Assembly: GCA_963759285.1 (NCBI GenBank)
Contig: CAVWYS010000005.1
Location: 3,522 to 67,521, forward strand
Direction of reading: 5' to 3'
From: an uncultured Acidobacteriaceae bacterium
Lineage (GTDB): Bacteria > Acidobacteriota > Terriglobia > Terriglobales > Acidobacteriaceae
Length of the DNA stretch: 64,000 nt
The notes under the pieces are model-generated. The model ran no database searches. It was not told where the DNA came from and saw only the letters and a list, made by a program, of their open reading frames with translations. A program made the translations under genes and the position numbers. This document shows, piece after piece, positions 38,346-47,725 of this stretch; position 1 is the stretch's first letter; each line of letters opens with the position of its first letter.

Positions 38346-41231
38346 CTATTTCTCTGGTCCACTGGTCCACTTCAAGGTAAAGCTGTAGGTCGGATGGTAG
38401 TACTCACGCTGGATCGGATACTGCGATGATCCCTGGTAGAAGCCGAAGACCTCGTTATTCAGATCGAGTCCTGAGGCGGCCAACTTGAATCCCAACGGAA
38501 GCGTATAGCCGATCTCTGTGTCGTACTGGATGTGGCTGTAAAAGTAGTTGTCACCGGTTGGTCCCTTGGGACCGTTCGCGGTGGTGTCACCCGGAACCCC
38601 CTGCCAGTTGTAGGCATAGATGTTCGTCTCGTTATAGCTCACGCCTAACCGCACCGAGAGATTCTTCAAATCGTAGGTCGGGTTCAGGTTGAATGTGTTG
38701 GGCGCCTGGCGAGGAAGGGCGCGGCTGTCGGTTGCGGAGACATTATTGCCGCTGACCGGATCCTGGTAGACCCAGGAGTATTGCGCCTGCGAAAACGAAT
38801 AGCCGTAGTTCGCAAAAATCCCAAGACCGTGCATCGCTCCAGGAAGCGTCTTGAAGTGCTGCTCCCATGCCAGTTCAATGCCGCCGATGTGTGCTCCGCC
38901 GGAAAGGTTGATCGGCTGTGAGACTTTCCAGACCTGCGAGGGATATCCCGGAACCGTAAGTGTCGCAAGATGGAAAGTTGTCACGATCGGGTTGGATATC
39001 TGTTTATAGAAGAAACCACCCTGAATCACGCCTACGGTGTTGAAGTAGTGCTCGGCGAGAATGTCGAAGTTGTTGGCGCGCGTGGGCAGCAACGCCGAGT
39101 TGCCTTCGTTGATCTGATGCGAGGTTCCGTTGGGAGTGAATGTCGGCACAAGGTCACCATAATTCGGACGCGCAATCCCTCGTCCGTAAATGGCGCGGAT
39201 ATTCGTATTGTTATTGAAGTTGTAACGAATCTGCGCGTTCGGCATGAAATCGACATAGGAGGAAGTCTGTTTACCCAGACTGTCCGTCGGTGCTGAGAGG
39301 TTGTTGAAGTTGAAGTCCGAGATTGTCTCTTCCAGGCGAATTCCAGCTACGAAGCGAACACGCCCCACATCGATCGTATTCATGAAGTACTGCGCCGGAA
39401 TCAACTCATGGAGGTTGAATACGTATTGGTTTGCCGAACCGGCCGTGAACGCTCCGGCGTCGCTCTTCATCTCGGCCAGAATCTTGCCCCAGTTCGACAC
39501 ATGTCCTTTTGTGTAGTAATCGAACGATCCGTTATAGTAATCGGACGTGTGGTACGGATCCTCCACTGCCGCCAGGGTAATGGAACCATCGGAGCTGTAA
39601 CCCGTGTCCTCTACGTCGTCAAACTTGTGAGCGTTGCGCACCTTCGCGCCCGCCTGCCAGGTGCCCATGTGCCCATTCCAGTTATAACTCTGCGAAAGAT
39701 CGACCTGGCCCTGCAGATTGACCTGCGCAGAATGATCGTTGGTCAGGCTTACCGACTGCAACGAGTACTGGGTGGGGTCATAAATGTTGTCGCCCGGATT
39801 CGCGTAAGAGGTGATATTGAAGTGCGGCCGAAACGGATTCGAATTGTCCACACTGAACGACATCCCGGAAGGTCCCTGGAAACCGGCGTTGGGAAAGTTC
39901 TCGTTGTTGGCCCGCGAACGGGAGAACGCGATGGCTGTATTAAGCAGCCATGGCCCGAAGGCGCGCGAGTAGGTGGTTGAGATGTTGCCGATCTGATAAT
40001 CCGGGTTACGCGGAGAATCGGTAAACGTAAAGTTGTTTGCCGGATCAGAAGAGGTCGTCGGCGTATCGAAAGAGTTGATGTTCGGTGTGTAGATCCACTT
40101 TCCGCCGTAATCCTGGAATTCCGAGAACAGGCCGCGGATGAAGAGAACCGATCCCGGGCCAAATTGGTAGTCAGCGGTGCCGGCAAAACCGATGCGGCGC
40201 CGATCGTAGTGATACTCGCGATAGTCCGCCGTCGGCAACACCGCGTAGTACGGCCCGCTGCCAGGCTCGCCATTCAACTGCGTTGTACCGGGTGCGGGCT
40301 CGATGTCGTCAATGCCCCGCCCGTTGTAGTCGTAACTGGCGCCGAGGAAAAGTCCAAAGCGTTTGTTCGCACCAAAGCGCTGCCCGATTGCAGCCGTGAA
40401 CTGGTCGATGTTGCTCGAGCCGTCGGAGATGATTGGCGTGTGCCCGCCCATGACGGAGACGCTGTAAAAAGGCTGATCGGTAGCGGCCCGCGTGACCAGA
40501 TCCACGGTGCCGCCGATGGCGTCGCCATCCATGCTCGGCAATAGCGTCTTGCTCACCTGGATGGAACCCACCAGTGCCGCAGGAATGGTGTCGAGTTTGA
40601 TGTTGCGAACCGCCGACTCCGGCGCCGGAATGTTGATGCCGTTCACGGTCAGGTCGCTCAATCGCGGCTCGGTTCCGCGGATCTGCACATACTTGCCTTC
40701 GCCCTCGTCGCGCTCCAGCGTGACGCCCGGTAGCCGCCCCACTGAGTCGGCGATGTTGACGTTCGGCAGGCTGGTTATTACATCCTGGGGCAGAACCTCG
40801 AGGATATTGTCCGCCGACTGCTGGATGTTCATGGCTTCTACTTCGCCCTTTTCACGGCCGGCATATACTTGGACGTTTTCCTGGGTGGCGGAAATCCTCA
40901 TCACCGCATGTGTCTCGGCCGTGGAGCCCCCGTTGACAGTTACTGGCTGGGAGAAATCCTCAAATCCAAGCGCGGCAATCTTTACCGTGTACGATCCTGC
41001 GGCAAGATTGGTAAATAGAAAGTTGCCCTGGCCGTCCACGACCGCATTCTGCCCGCCCGGATCAACCGTGATACGCGCGCCCGGCAAAATACCTCCGCCG
41101 GCATCGGCAACCGTTCCGGCAAGGCTGCCGCGGGCTGGCGCGCTCTGCGCGGCAACTGGCATCGACAGTGAGAATACTGACAAGAGAGCGACGAAGAGAA
41201 AACTCTTCCATATCCAAGTGGACTTACGCAC
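38346..41231 (-). CDS. TonB-dependent outer-membrane receptor with an N-terminal carboxypeptidase-regulatory-like domain
   Basis: Signal peptide; plug VGRLPGVTLERDEGEGKYVQIRG...DGDAIGGTVDL; beta-barrel-like remainder; AAGGAGG RBS. Confidence 0.93.
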   Translation of the reverse strand: MRKSTWIWKSFLFVALLSVFSLSMPVAAQSAPARGSLAGTVADAGGGILPGARITVDPGGQNAVVDGQGNFLFTNLAAGSYTVKIAALGFEDFSQPVTVNGGSTAETHAVMRISATQENVQVYAGREKGEVEAMNIQQSADNILEVLPQDVITSLPNVNIADSVGRLPGVTLERDEGEGKYVQIRGTEPRLSDLTVNGINIPAPESAVRNIKLDTIPAALVGSIQVSKTLLPSMDGDAIGGTVDLVTRAATDQPFYSVSVMGGHTPIISDGSSNIDQFTAAIGQRFGANKRFGLFLGASYDYNGRGIDDIEPAPGTTQLNGEPGSGPYYAVLPTADYREYHYDRRRIGFAGTADYQFGPGSVLFIRGLFSEFQDYGGKWIYTPNINSFDTPTTSSDPANNFTFTDSPRNPDYQIGNISTTYSRAFGPWLLNTAIAFSRSRANNENFPNAGFQGPSGMSFSVDNSNPFRPHFNITSYANPGDNIYDPTQYSLQSVSLTNDHSAQVNLQGQVDLSQSYNWNGHMGTWQAGAKVRNAHKFDDVEDTGYSSDGSITLAAVEDPYHTSDYYNGSFDYYTKGHVSNWGKILAEMKSDAGAFTAGSANQYVFNLHELIPAQYFMNTIDVGRVRFVAGIRLEETISDFNFNNLSAPTDSLGKQTSSYVDFMPNAQIRYNFNNNTNIRAIYGRGIARPNYGDLVPTFTPNGTSHQINEGNSALLPTRANNFDILAEHYFNTVGVIQGGFFYKQISNPIVTTFHLATLTVPGYPSQVWKVSQPINLSGGAHIGGIELAWEQHFKTLPGAMHGLGIFANYGYSFSQAQYSWVYQDPVSGNNVSATDSRALPRQAPNTFNLNPTYDLKNLSVRLGVSYNETNIYAYNWQGVPGDTTANGPKGPTGDNYFYSHIQYDTEIGYTLPLGFKLAASGLDLNNEVFGFYQGSSQYPIQREYYHPTYSFTLKWTSGPEK

Positions 41232-41431
41232 AATTCCTCCTTAAAAACACCTGCAATTGGTCATCGCAAACCGATCAGAGGTCGGTTTGGGGTTCGAAGA
41301 GAAACATTGGTCGACAAGGTCGTCGACATCGTCTCAGCGTCGGATTTTCTGAACGTGAATTCTGGCGTCTTGTCGGATTTTGATGGGGAAAGGCCTGTGT
41401 CTTCAGAGTGATGGAGCAATGTAGACTTGCG

Positions 41432-41459
41432 GTTACATGCGGATGACGTTTACATGACG
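41432..41459 (-). promoter_or_regulatory. PHO-box-like (OmpR/PhoB family) direct repeats upstream of the TonB receptor
   Basis: Minus strand CGTCAT-GTAAA-CGTCAT-CCGCA-TGTAAC; half-sites at exact 11-bp spacing. Confidence 0.55.
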
Positions 41460-41584
41460 AATTCTTCTCTGAGAGTTCATGATTGGCGGGTGCCCCTTGT
41501 TACACAAAGCTTGTAAATTGAGGCCTAATCGGGAATTGCATGCAAATTGCACCGCCGAAATCGCAATCCCGGTACAATAGAACC

Positions 41585-43177
41585 GTGAGCAAAAGTTCCC
41601 AACCCACGGCTCCCACCGTGGGCTTTGTTTCGTTAGGCTGCCCCAAGAATCTGGTCGACTCCGAAGTGATGATGGGGTTGCTGGACCGCGGTGGGGCGCG
41701 CCTGACTTCCCACCCCGAAGAGGCCGATATCCTCGTCGTCAATACCTGCAGCTTTATCGACACCGCCAAGCAGGAATCCGTGGACACCATCCTCGAAATG
41801 GCGCGCTTCAAAACCTCGGGCTCCGCCAAAAAGCTAATCGTCGCCGGTTGCCTCGTTGAGCGCTACCGCGACGAAATTCGCAAAAGTATTCCCGAAGTCG
41901 ATGCCGTCGTGGGTACAGGGGAGCTCGAATCAATTCTTGAGGCAGCAGGGATTGCTCCATCGCATTCCACCGCCCCCTCGCCCTTCAACATCCTCACCGC
42001 AAACAGCCACGCTGAGGTCCGCGCCGGACAAGAGTCTCTGTCGGGAAGCCACAAAGTGTCAGGGCGCGACTTCAGTCGTGCTGAAACAACGGCACAAATG
42101 ACGGGGGCTTTAGCCCCTGAGGGAAACTTCCGCCCTGAAGGCAATCTCCGCGAACAGCAAGGCCGCTTCAGCCGCGAAGACTGGCATGGCGCAGCGCACA
42201 TGCTGCCGACCTACCTCTATAACGAAAACACTCCGCGTTACATCTCGACCGGCAGAACATCGGCCTACATCAAGATCGCTGAGGGTTGCGACCATCCCTG
42301 CACCTTCTGCGTCATTCCCAATCTGCGCGGCAAGTTTCGCTCCCGCCGCTTCGAGTCCGTTGTGGCGGAAGCACAACAACTGGTCGCCGCCGGCGTACAG
42401 GAAATCACCCTCATCGGCCAGGACACGACCTGCTACGGCGAAGACCTGGGCATCAAAGACGGCCTGGCTACTCTGCTCGATTCCCTCGCCGGAATCCAAG
42501 GCCTGCGCTGGCTCCGCTTCCTGTATGCGTATCCCAATCGCATCACCGGCAAACTTCTCGACACCATCGCGAAGCACGATAACATTTGCAAATATCTCGA
42601 CGTGCCCCTGCAACACGCTTCACCCGACGTGCTCAAGCGAATGAAGCGTGGGGCCGGTGCCGACATTTTCCTCAAAACGCTCGAAAAAGTCCGCGCAATC
42701 GTGCCCGGAATAGCACTGCGCACTTCCTTTATCGTCGGTTTCCCCGGAGAGTCCTCCGTCGACTATGAAGTTTTGGAGCAGTTCATCAGCCACGCAAAAT
42801 TCGACTGGCTCGGCGTGTTCAATTACTCCGACGAAGAAGGTTCGAAAGCCCACGTACTCGACGCCAAGCTTCCAAAGCGCACCATCGAGTCCCGTAAGCG
42901 CAAGCTGATGAAGTTGCAGCAAAGGATCTCAAAGCGCGCCAAGCAGCAGTGGGTCGGTCGCGAACTCGTAGTTCTCGCCGAAGGCGAAAGCGAAGAGACT
43001 CCGCTACTTTGGGAAGGCCGTACCGAATTCCACGCTCCGGAAATCGACGGCAAGGTCTACATCAACGACTTCGGCGATCTTCAAGCCTTGGAAGCCGGAA
43101 AATTCTACCGCGCCCAGATCACCGAGGCCCATGACTACGACCTCGTCGCACGAATCATGTCGGGACCCCTTTCCTGA
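41585..43177 (+). CDS. rimO: Ribosomal protein S12 methylthiotransferase RimO, with an internal insertion
   Basis: VSLGCPKNLVDSE, NTCSFI, VAGCL, radical SAM CDHPCTFC, QDTTCYG, C-terminal TRAM-like GRTEFHAPEIDG; start GTG 41585. Confidence 0.97.
   Translation: MSKSSQPTAPTVGFVSLGCPKNLVDSEVMMGLLDRGGARLTSHPEEADILVVNTCSFIDTAKQESVDTILEMARFKTSGSAKKLIVAGCLVERYRDEIRKSIPEVDAVVGTGELESILEAAGIAPSHSTAPSPFNILTANSHAEVRAGQESLSGSHKVSGRDFSRAETTAQMTGALAPEGNFRPEGNLREQQGRFSREDWHGAAHMLPTYLYNENTPRYISTGRTSAYIKIAEGCDHPCTFCVIPNLRGKFRSRRFESVVAEAQQLVAAGVQEITLIGQDTTCYGEDLGIKDGLATLLDSLAGIQGLRWLRFLYAYPNRITGKLLDTIAKHDNICKYLDVPLQHASPDVLKRMKRGAGADIFLKTLEKVRAIVPGIALRTSFIVGFPGESSVDYEVLEQFISHAKFDWLGVFNYSDEEGSKAHVLDAKLPKRTIESRKRKLMKLQQRISKRAKQQWVGRELVVLAEGESEETPLLWEGRTEFHAPEIDGKVYINDFGDLQALEAGKFYRAQITEAHDYDLVARIMSGPLS
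42059..42124. repeat. Intragenic twin-hairpin REP-like element (family T), in frame within rimO
   Basis: GCGCGAC-TTCA-GTCGTGC ... GGGGC-TTTA-GCCCC; translated as SGRDFSRAETTAQMTGALAPEG. Confidence 0.8.
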
Positions 43178-43272
43178 CCGAGGTGCACGCTATGAAACCT
43201 GCGCTGGCGCAGGCAGGCATCTGCTCTGAGCGTTACCATATCCAAGACAGGTGAACGTACAAAATTATCCAG

Positions 43273-43500
43273 ATGCCTCCAAAGAAAAAATCCGCAAAAC
43301 TCCTCCACTGCCCCACCTGCGGCATGCTGGTCACCGCCAAAGACGAAGACTTCCCCTTCTGCAGCGACCGATGCCGCAAGATAGACTTGGGCAAATGGGC
43401 GACCGGCGTCTATAAGATCAGCTCGCCGATCCTCGATCCCGAGGTCCTTGAAGATCTTGGAGAAATCGGCCGTCAACGCGGGAGCCAGGATGACCAATAG
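43273..43500 (+). CDS. yacG: DNA gyrase inhibitor YacG (zinc finger)
   Basis: CPTCG...FPFCSDRCRKIDLGKWATGVY.I. Confidence 0.92.
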   Translation: MPPKKKSAKLLHCPTCGMLVTAKDEDFPFCSDRCRKIDLGKWATGVYKISSPILDPEVLEDLGEIGRQRGSQDDQ

Positions 43501-44008
43501 TCCGGCAACCATCCCGATGCCGCCCGAAAAACGGCGGCGGTCGCCGTGGGCTTGGACAATCGCAACCTTCTTCGGCGCGGGCCTTGGCCGTCCTGGACCC
43601 GGAACGTGGGGATCGATAGCAGCACTCCTGCTGTGGAGCGCTGTCGCCTGGCTCTTCCACCCGACGCCAAAGGGCCTTTTACTTGTTGTATTTATAGGGA
43701 TTGTTTTATCGATTACTTCCGGTGTTCCTGCCGCCTCCATCGCCGCTCGCGAGAGTGGCCGCCATGACCCCCAATTCGTCGTCATTGACGAGGTAGCCGG
43801 TCAGTGGATCGCGCTCATCGGAAGTCCGGCTGACTTCCGTCACGGCATAATTGCGCTTATCCTCTTTCGTTTATTTGACATCACCAAACCCTTCCCGGCG
43901 CGACAACTCGAGCGATTACCAGAAGGCTGGGGCATCGTCTTCGATGACGTGGCTGCTGGGCTGTATGCTTTGGGTGTGGCGTCGCTTCTGCGTATATGGA
44001 TCCACTGA
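43490..44008 (+). CDS. pgpA: Phosphatidylglycerophosphatase A
   Basis: GPGTWGS, HDPQFVVIDEVAGQW, LFRLFDITKPFP, GWGIVFDDVAAG. Confidence 0.92.
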   Translation: MTNSPATIPMPPEKRRRSPWAWTIATFFGAGLGRPGPGTWGSIAALLLWSAVAWLFHPTPKGLLLVVFIGIVLSITSGVPAASIAARESGRHDPQFVVIDEVAGQWIALIGSPADFRHGIIALILFRLFDITKPFPARQLERLPEGWGIVFDDVAAGLYALGVASLLRIWIH

Positions 44009-44016
44009 GAACGTAA

Positions 44017-45069
44017 ATGACGCGAACACACCTTCAATCCGCACGGGAACAAATAATCCCGGAGCCCCGCATCGACGAGGTCCAGCCGGCGGCAGCTCTG
44101 CCGCTCGGTGAAGTGGAGCTCATCGGATCCAATCTCGGCCCCAATCCCTACGGACCACCTGTCGTGGTCCTCGGTACGCATCCAGCCCAGGTACTCATGA
44201 GCCGGCCTGGGCGCGTCGCCTTCCGCATACCCGAGAAAGCTAGCTCCGGACTCATCGAGGTCAGAACGCCGGCCGGCGTCAGTAATGCTGCACCCATTCG
44301 CATCGCACGCGAGCTTTCGAGCGGTTTACATCCCGTTACAAGTCCCGCAGTCAGCCGTTCAGGCATGATCTACGCCACGATTTCCGGACAGCGCGGCAAG
44401 CAAACGCCGGTTTCTGTAGTTCGCGTGAGTCCCGATGGACGTGGAACCCCGTTTGTGACCGGAATCTTGAATGCGACCGGATTGGCCTTCAGTCCTGAAG
44501 GCGACTTGTTCGTGACCTCGCGCGCAGAGGGAAACGTCTACCGCATCGATGGCGCCGGCGAATCCACTCTCTACGCCGAGGGCATGGGTGTCGCCACCGG
44601 CGCAGCATTTGACTCGCATGGCAATCTCTTCGTCGGCGATCGCAGCGGCACAATTTTCAAAATCGATCCGCAGCGCAAAATCTTCGTCTACGCAACCATG
44701 GAGCCGAGCATCTCCGCCTATCACCTCGCCGTGGATACCGAAGGCACGCTTTTTGTCGCTGGCCCAACGCTCTCTTCGAACGATGCCATCTGGGCAATCA
44801 ATACGCACGGTGAGGCGCGCGTCTGGCATCGCGGCCTGGGGCGCCCGCAAGGTCTTGCACTCGCGGCAAACGGAGATGTCTACGTAACCGCAAGCCTCCA
44901 TGGACGTCGCGGGCTGATCCGCGTGACCCCCGACGGCGATACCGCCATCGTCGTTGCCGGAGTAAACCTCGTCGGCGTCGCGTTCTCTCCTCTGGGAACC
45001 ACGATCTTAGCCGATAACGATGCCGTTTATGATCTGGAGTTGGATGTGCAAGGGATGACGATCTTGTAG
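44017..45069 (+). CDS. IPT/TIG-like N-terminus plus NHL/SMP-30-type beta-propeller protein
   Basis: Repeated GLAF/GAAF..G.L(F/Y)V blades (ATGLAFSPEGDLFVT, ATGAAFDSHGNLFVG, PQGLALAANGDVYV). Confidence 0.75.
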   Translation: MTRTHLQSAREQIIPEPRIDEVQPAAALPLGEVELIGSNLGPNPYGPPVVVLGTHPAQVLMSRPGRVAFRIPEKASSGLIEVRTPAGVSNAAPIRIARELSSGLHPVTSPAVSRSGMIYATISGQRGKQTPVSVVRVSPDGRGTPFVTGILNATGLAFSPEGDLFVTSRAEGNVYRIDGAGESTLYAEGMGVATGAAFDSHGNLFVGDRSGTIFKIDPQRKIFVYATMEPSISAYHLAVDTEGTLFVAGPTLSSNDAIWAINTHGEARVWHRGLGRPQGLALAANGDVYVTASLHGRRGLIRVTPDGDTAIVVAGVNLVGVAFSPLGTTILADNDAVYDLELDVQGMTIL

Positions 45070-45169
45070 CATCCACCAGCTCGGTCGCGCAACAGCAGAA
45101 AGTCGCAGAGTGCGAAATCCATCATCTAAAGTTTCGCTAAACTAGAGGCTAGGAGCTGAAAGCTGCCCC

Positions 45170-46414
45170 ATGAAATCCGAGATCATCGCAGTCGGCTCCG
45201 AAATGCTTACGCCACACCGCCAGGACACTAACTCCCTCTACTTGACTGAAAAACTCAACAAGATCGGCGTTACGGTTGCTTTCAAGACAATTGTCGGCGA
45301 CCGCAAAAAAGACCTCGTCGGCGCAATCCGCAATGCGCTCGCACGCACCGACATCGTGATCCTCATGGGCGGCCTCGGTCCCACTGAAGACGACCTCACG
45401 CGCGAAGCCGTCGCAGAAACTCTCTCCCTGAAACTCAAACGCGATGCTCCCCAGGTAGCCGCACTGCACGCGCGCGCCGCCACCTGGCGCATCTCCATGC
45501 CCGAAAACAACCTCAAGCAAGCCGACTTAATCGAAGGCGCGATATTCCTTGACAATCCCAATGGCAGCGCCCCCGGGCAGTGGCTTGAAACCATTTACTC
45601 GGGTTATCGCAAACTCATCATTCTCGTCCCCGGCCCCCCCCACGAGTGCAAACCCCTTTTCGAGGACGAGTGTCTGCCGCGTCTCCGCGAGATTGTTCCC
45701 GAGCGCCATCTCGCCCAGCGCACCCTCAAGGCGGCCATGATCCCCGAGTCGCAAGCCGACAAACTCCTGGCGCCCATCTACACGGCCTACACCGACGTAG
45801 AAACAACCATCCTCGCCCACGCCGGCGACATCCAGCTCACTCTGCTCTGCACCAAAAAGGACAAGGACCTAGCCGAACAGCGCGTCGAAGAGCTTGCCAC
45901 CAAGCTTGAAGAAGCCCTCGATGACTGGATGTACTCCGCGGAAGGCGAAACGTTGGAGCAGATCGTTCTCTACTACCTCGGCCTGCGCCAAGCCACCCTT
46001 GCTGTCGCCGAAAGTTGCACAGGCGGCATGGTCGCGCAGCGCATCACTTCCGTGCCAGGAAGTTCGCGATCGTTCCTCGGAAGCGTCGTGGTCTACTCGA
46101 ACGAAATGAAGACAGCCTTCGCCGACGTCCCTGCCGAATTGATTGAGCAGTTCGGTGCGGTGTCGTCAGAAGTGGCTTGCGCGCTCGCCGAAGGCATCCG
46201 CAAACGCACAGGCGCAACCCTTGGGCTCGGCGTCACCGGAATCGCCGGCCCCACCGGCGCCACAGAAACCAAGCCGGTGGGTCGCGTCTACATTGCTGTG
46301 AGCGATGCCCAGACAACCGATTCCTTCGAACGAAACTTCCGCGGAACCCGCGACCGCATCCGCGAGTGGGCCAGCCAGCAGGCCCTCGACCTCGTCCGCC
46401 GCCGGTTAATGTAA
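45170..46414 (+). CDS. cinA: Competence/damage-inducible protein A (MocF-like + PncC domains)
   Basis: EIIAVGSEML, DTNS, GGLGPTEDDLTRE, NPNGSAPG, AVAESCTGG, PGSSRSF, GAVSSEVA, GVTGIAGPTG. Confidence 0.95.
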   Translation: MKSEIIAVGSEMLTPHRQDTNSLYLTEKLNKIGVTVAFKTIVGDRKKDLVGAIRNALARTDIVILMGGLGPTEDDLTREAVAETLSLKLKRDAPQVAALHARAATWRISMPENNLKQADLIEGAIFLDNPNGSAPGQWLETIYSGYRKLIILVPGPPHECKPLFEDECLPRLREIVPERHLAQRTLKAAMIPESQADKLLAPIYTAYTDVETTILAHAGDIQLTLLCTKKDKDLAEQRVEELATKLEEALDDWMYSAEGETLEQIVLYYLGLRQATLAVAESCTGGMVAQRITSVPGSSRSFLGSVVVYSNEMKTAFADVPAELIEQFGAVSSEVACALAEGIRKRTGATLGLGVTGIAGPTGATETKPVGRVYIAVSDAQTTDSFERNFRGTRDRIREWASQQALDLVRRRLM

Positions 46415-46529
46415 GCAGCCGGCTCTCGAATTTCACAGGCAATTTTCGAATCTGTTGAACTCCATCGATTATCTTCACTAACGAGCAACGGTATCTTCCA
46501 ACCATCGTCGCCACGAACGGAGCTTCCCC

Positions 46530-47477
46530 ATGCCACTTCCCCAGGATGAACGCATTGTCGCTCTCGCCAACGAGCTATTGGCTGTCTTTCACAGCATCTT
46601 CGGCTCCCACCCAGGCTTTCGCCCCGCACACGCCAAAGGCTTGATGCTGACCGGAACATTCACGCCCCCACCCGGCGCCACCGCACTCACCCGCGCACCA
46701 CATATCACGCGCAGTTCCACACCGGTCACCGTCCGGTTCTCCAACTCGACCGGCCTGCCCTCCATCCCGGACAATGCGCCCGATGCCAATCCCCGCGGCT
46801 TCGCCATTCGCTTCAATCTCGCAGACCATGTCCACACCGACATCGTCAGCCACTCAACAGATGGCTTCCCTACCCGCGATGGCTATGAGTTCCTCGAATT
46901 TCTGAAAGCTGCCCGGGCCAGCGGCCCCGAGGTTCCGTCACCCAAACCCATTGAGCAGTTTCTCGGCTCGCATCCAGCCGCCCTCCGCTTCGTGCAGACC
47001 CCCAAGCCCTTTCCCTCAAGCCTGGCCCGCGATACGTTCTACGGCGTAACCGCCTTCCGCTTCACCAACGCCAACGGCGAAAGCAAATACGGCCGCTATC
47101 GCATTGTTCCCAACGCTGGCAGCGACTACTTGACTGAGGACGCCGTTTCCCATCTCGCCGCCGACTACCACTACGAGGAACTCGCGCGCCGCGTCAAACA
47201 AGCACCGATCCGTTTCAACGTGCTCGTCCAGGTCGCCGCGCCCGGCGATGTCACCGACGACGCCACCATCCACTGGCCGGAAGACCGCAAGATCGTCGAA
47301 CTCGGCACCATCGAACTCACCGAAGTGCTCGAAGACAGCCTCGCTCAGCAAAAGCACATCATCTTCGATCCCATCCCCCGCGTCGACGGCATTGAACCCT
47401 CCGCCGACCCGCTCCTCGAACTGCGCGCCGCCATCTATCTCCTCAGCGGTCGCGAACGCCGCACCGCCAAAGCATAG
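46530..47477 (+). CDS. Catalase-related heme peroxidase (SrpA-like)
   Basis: GFRPAHAKG, VTVRFSNSTG, PRGFAIRF, IIFDP, DPLLELRAAIYLLS. Confidence 0.88.
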   Translation: MPLPQDERIVALANELLAVFHSIFGSHPGFRPAHAKGLMLTGTFTPPPGATALTRAPHITRSSTPVTVRFSNSTGLPSIPDNAPDANPRGFAIRFNLADHVHTDIVSHSTDGFPTRDGYEFLEFLKAARASGPEVPSPKPIEQFLGSHPAALRFVQTPKPFPSSLARDTFYGVTAFRFTNANGESKYGRYRIVPNAGSDYLTEDAVSHLAADYHYEELARRVKQAPIRFNVLVQVAAPGDVTDDATIHWPEDRKIVELGTIELTEVLEDSLAQQKHIIFDPIPRVDGIEPSADPLLELRAAIYLLSGRERRTAKA

Positions 47478-47517
47478 CCGGGCTCATTCTCGAAGGATCG
47501 AGGAAAAAGTTGACGGT

Positions 47518-47612
47518 GTCATTCTGAGCGAACGTGCCCCCAAACGTACCAGGGCCCCGAAGAGCGATTAGCTCTCCGGGGTAGGTTCGGGGGTGGTGGA
47601 CGAAGAATCTGC
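47518..47612 (+). repeat. REP-G with nested hairpin modules
   Basis: TGTCATTCTGAGCGAA-[CGTGCCCCCAAAC-[GGGCCCCGAAGAGC-GATTA-GCTCTCCGGGGT]-AGGTTCGGGGGTGG]-TGGACGAAGAATCTG. Confidence 0.8.
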
Positions 47613-47725
47613 TTTTTCGCACTTTCCGGGCGTCGCCGGGTGCCGCTTTCATGCGCGTTGTTTGCGCATGAGTGGGATAGCACAATATTGACCCTGCTAC
47701 ATCGAGTCTGAAAAACTCGCTCTAT

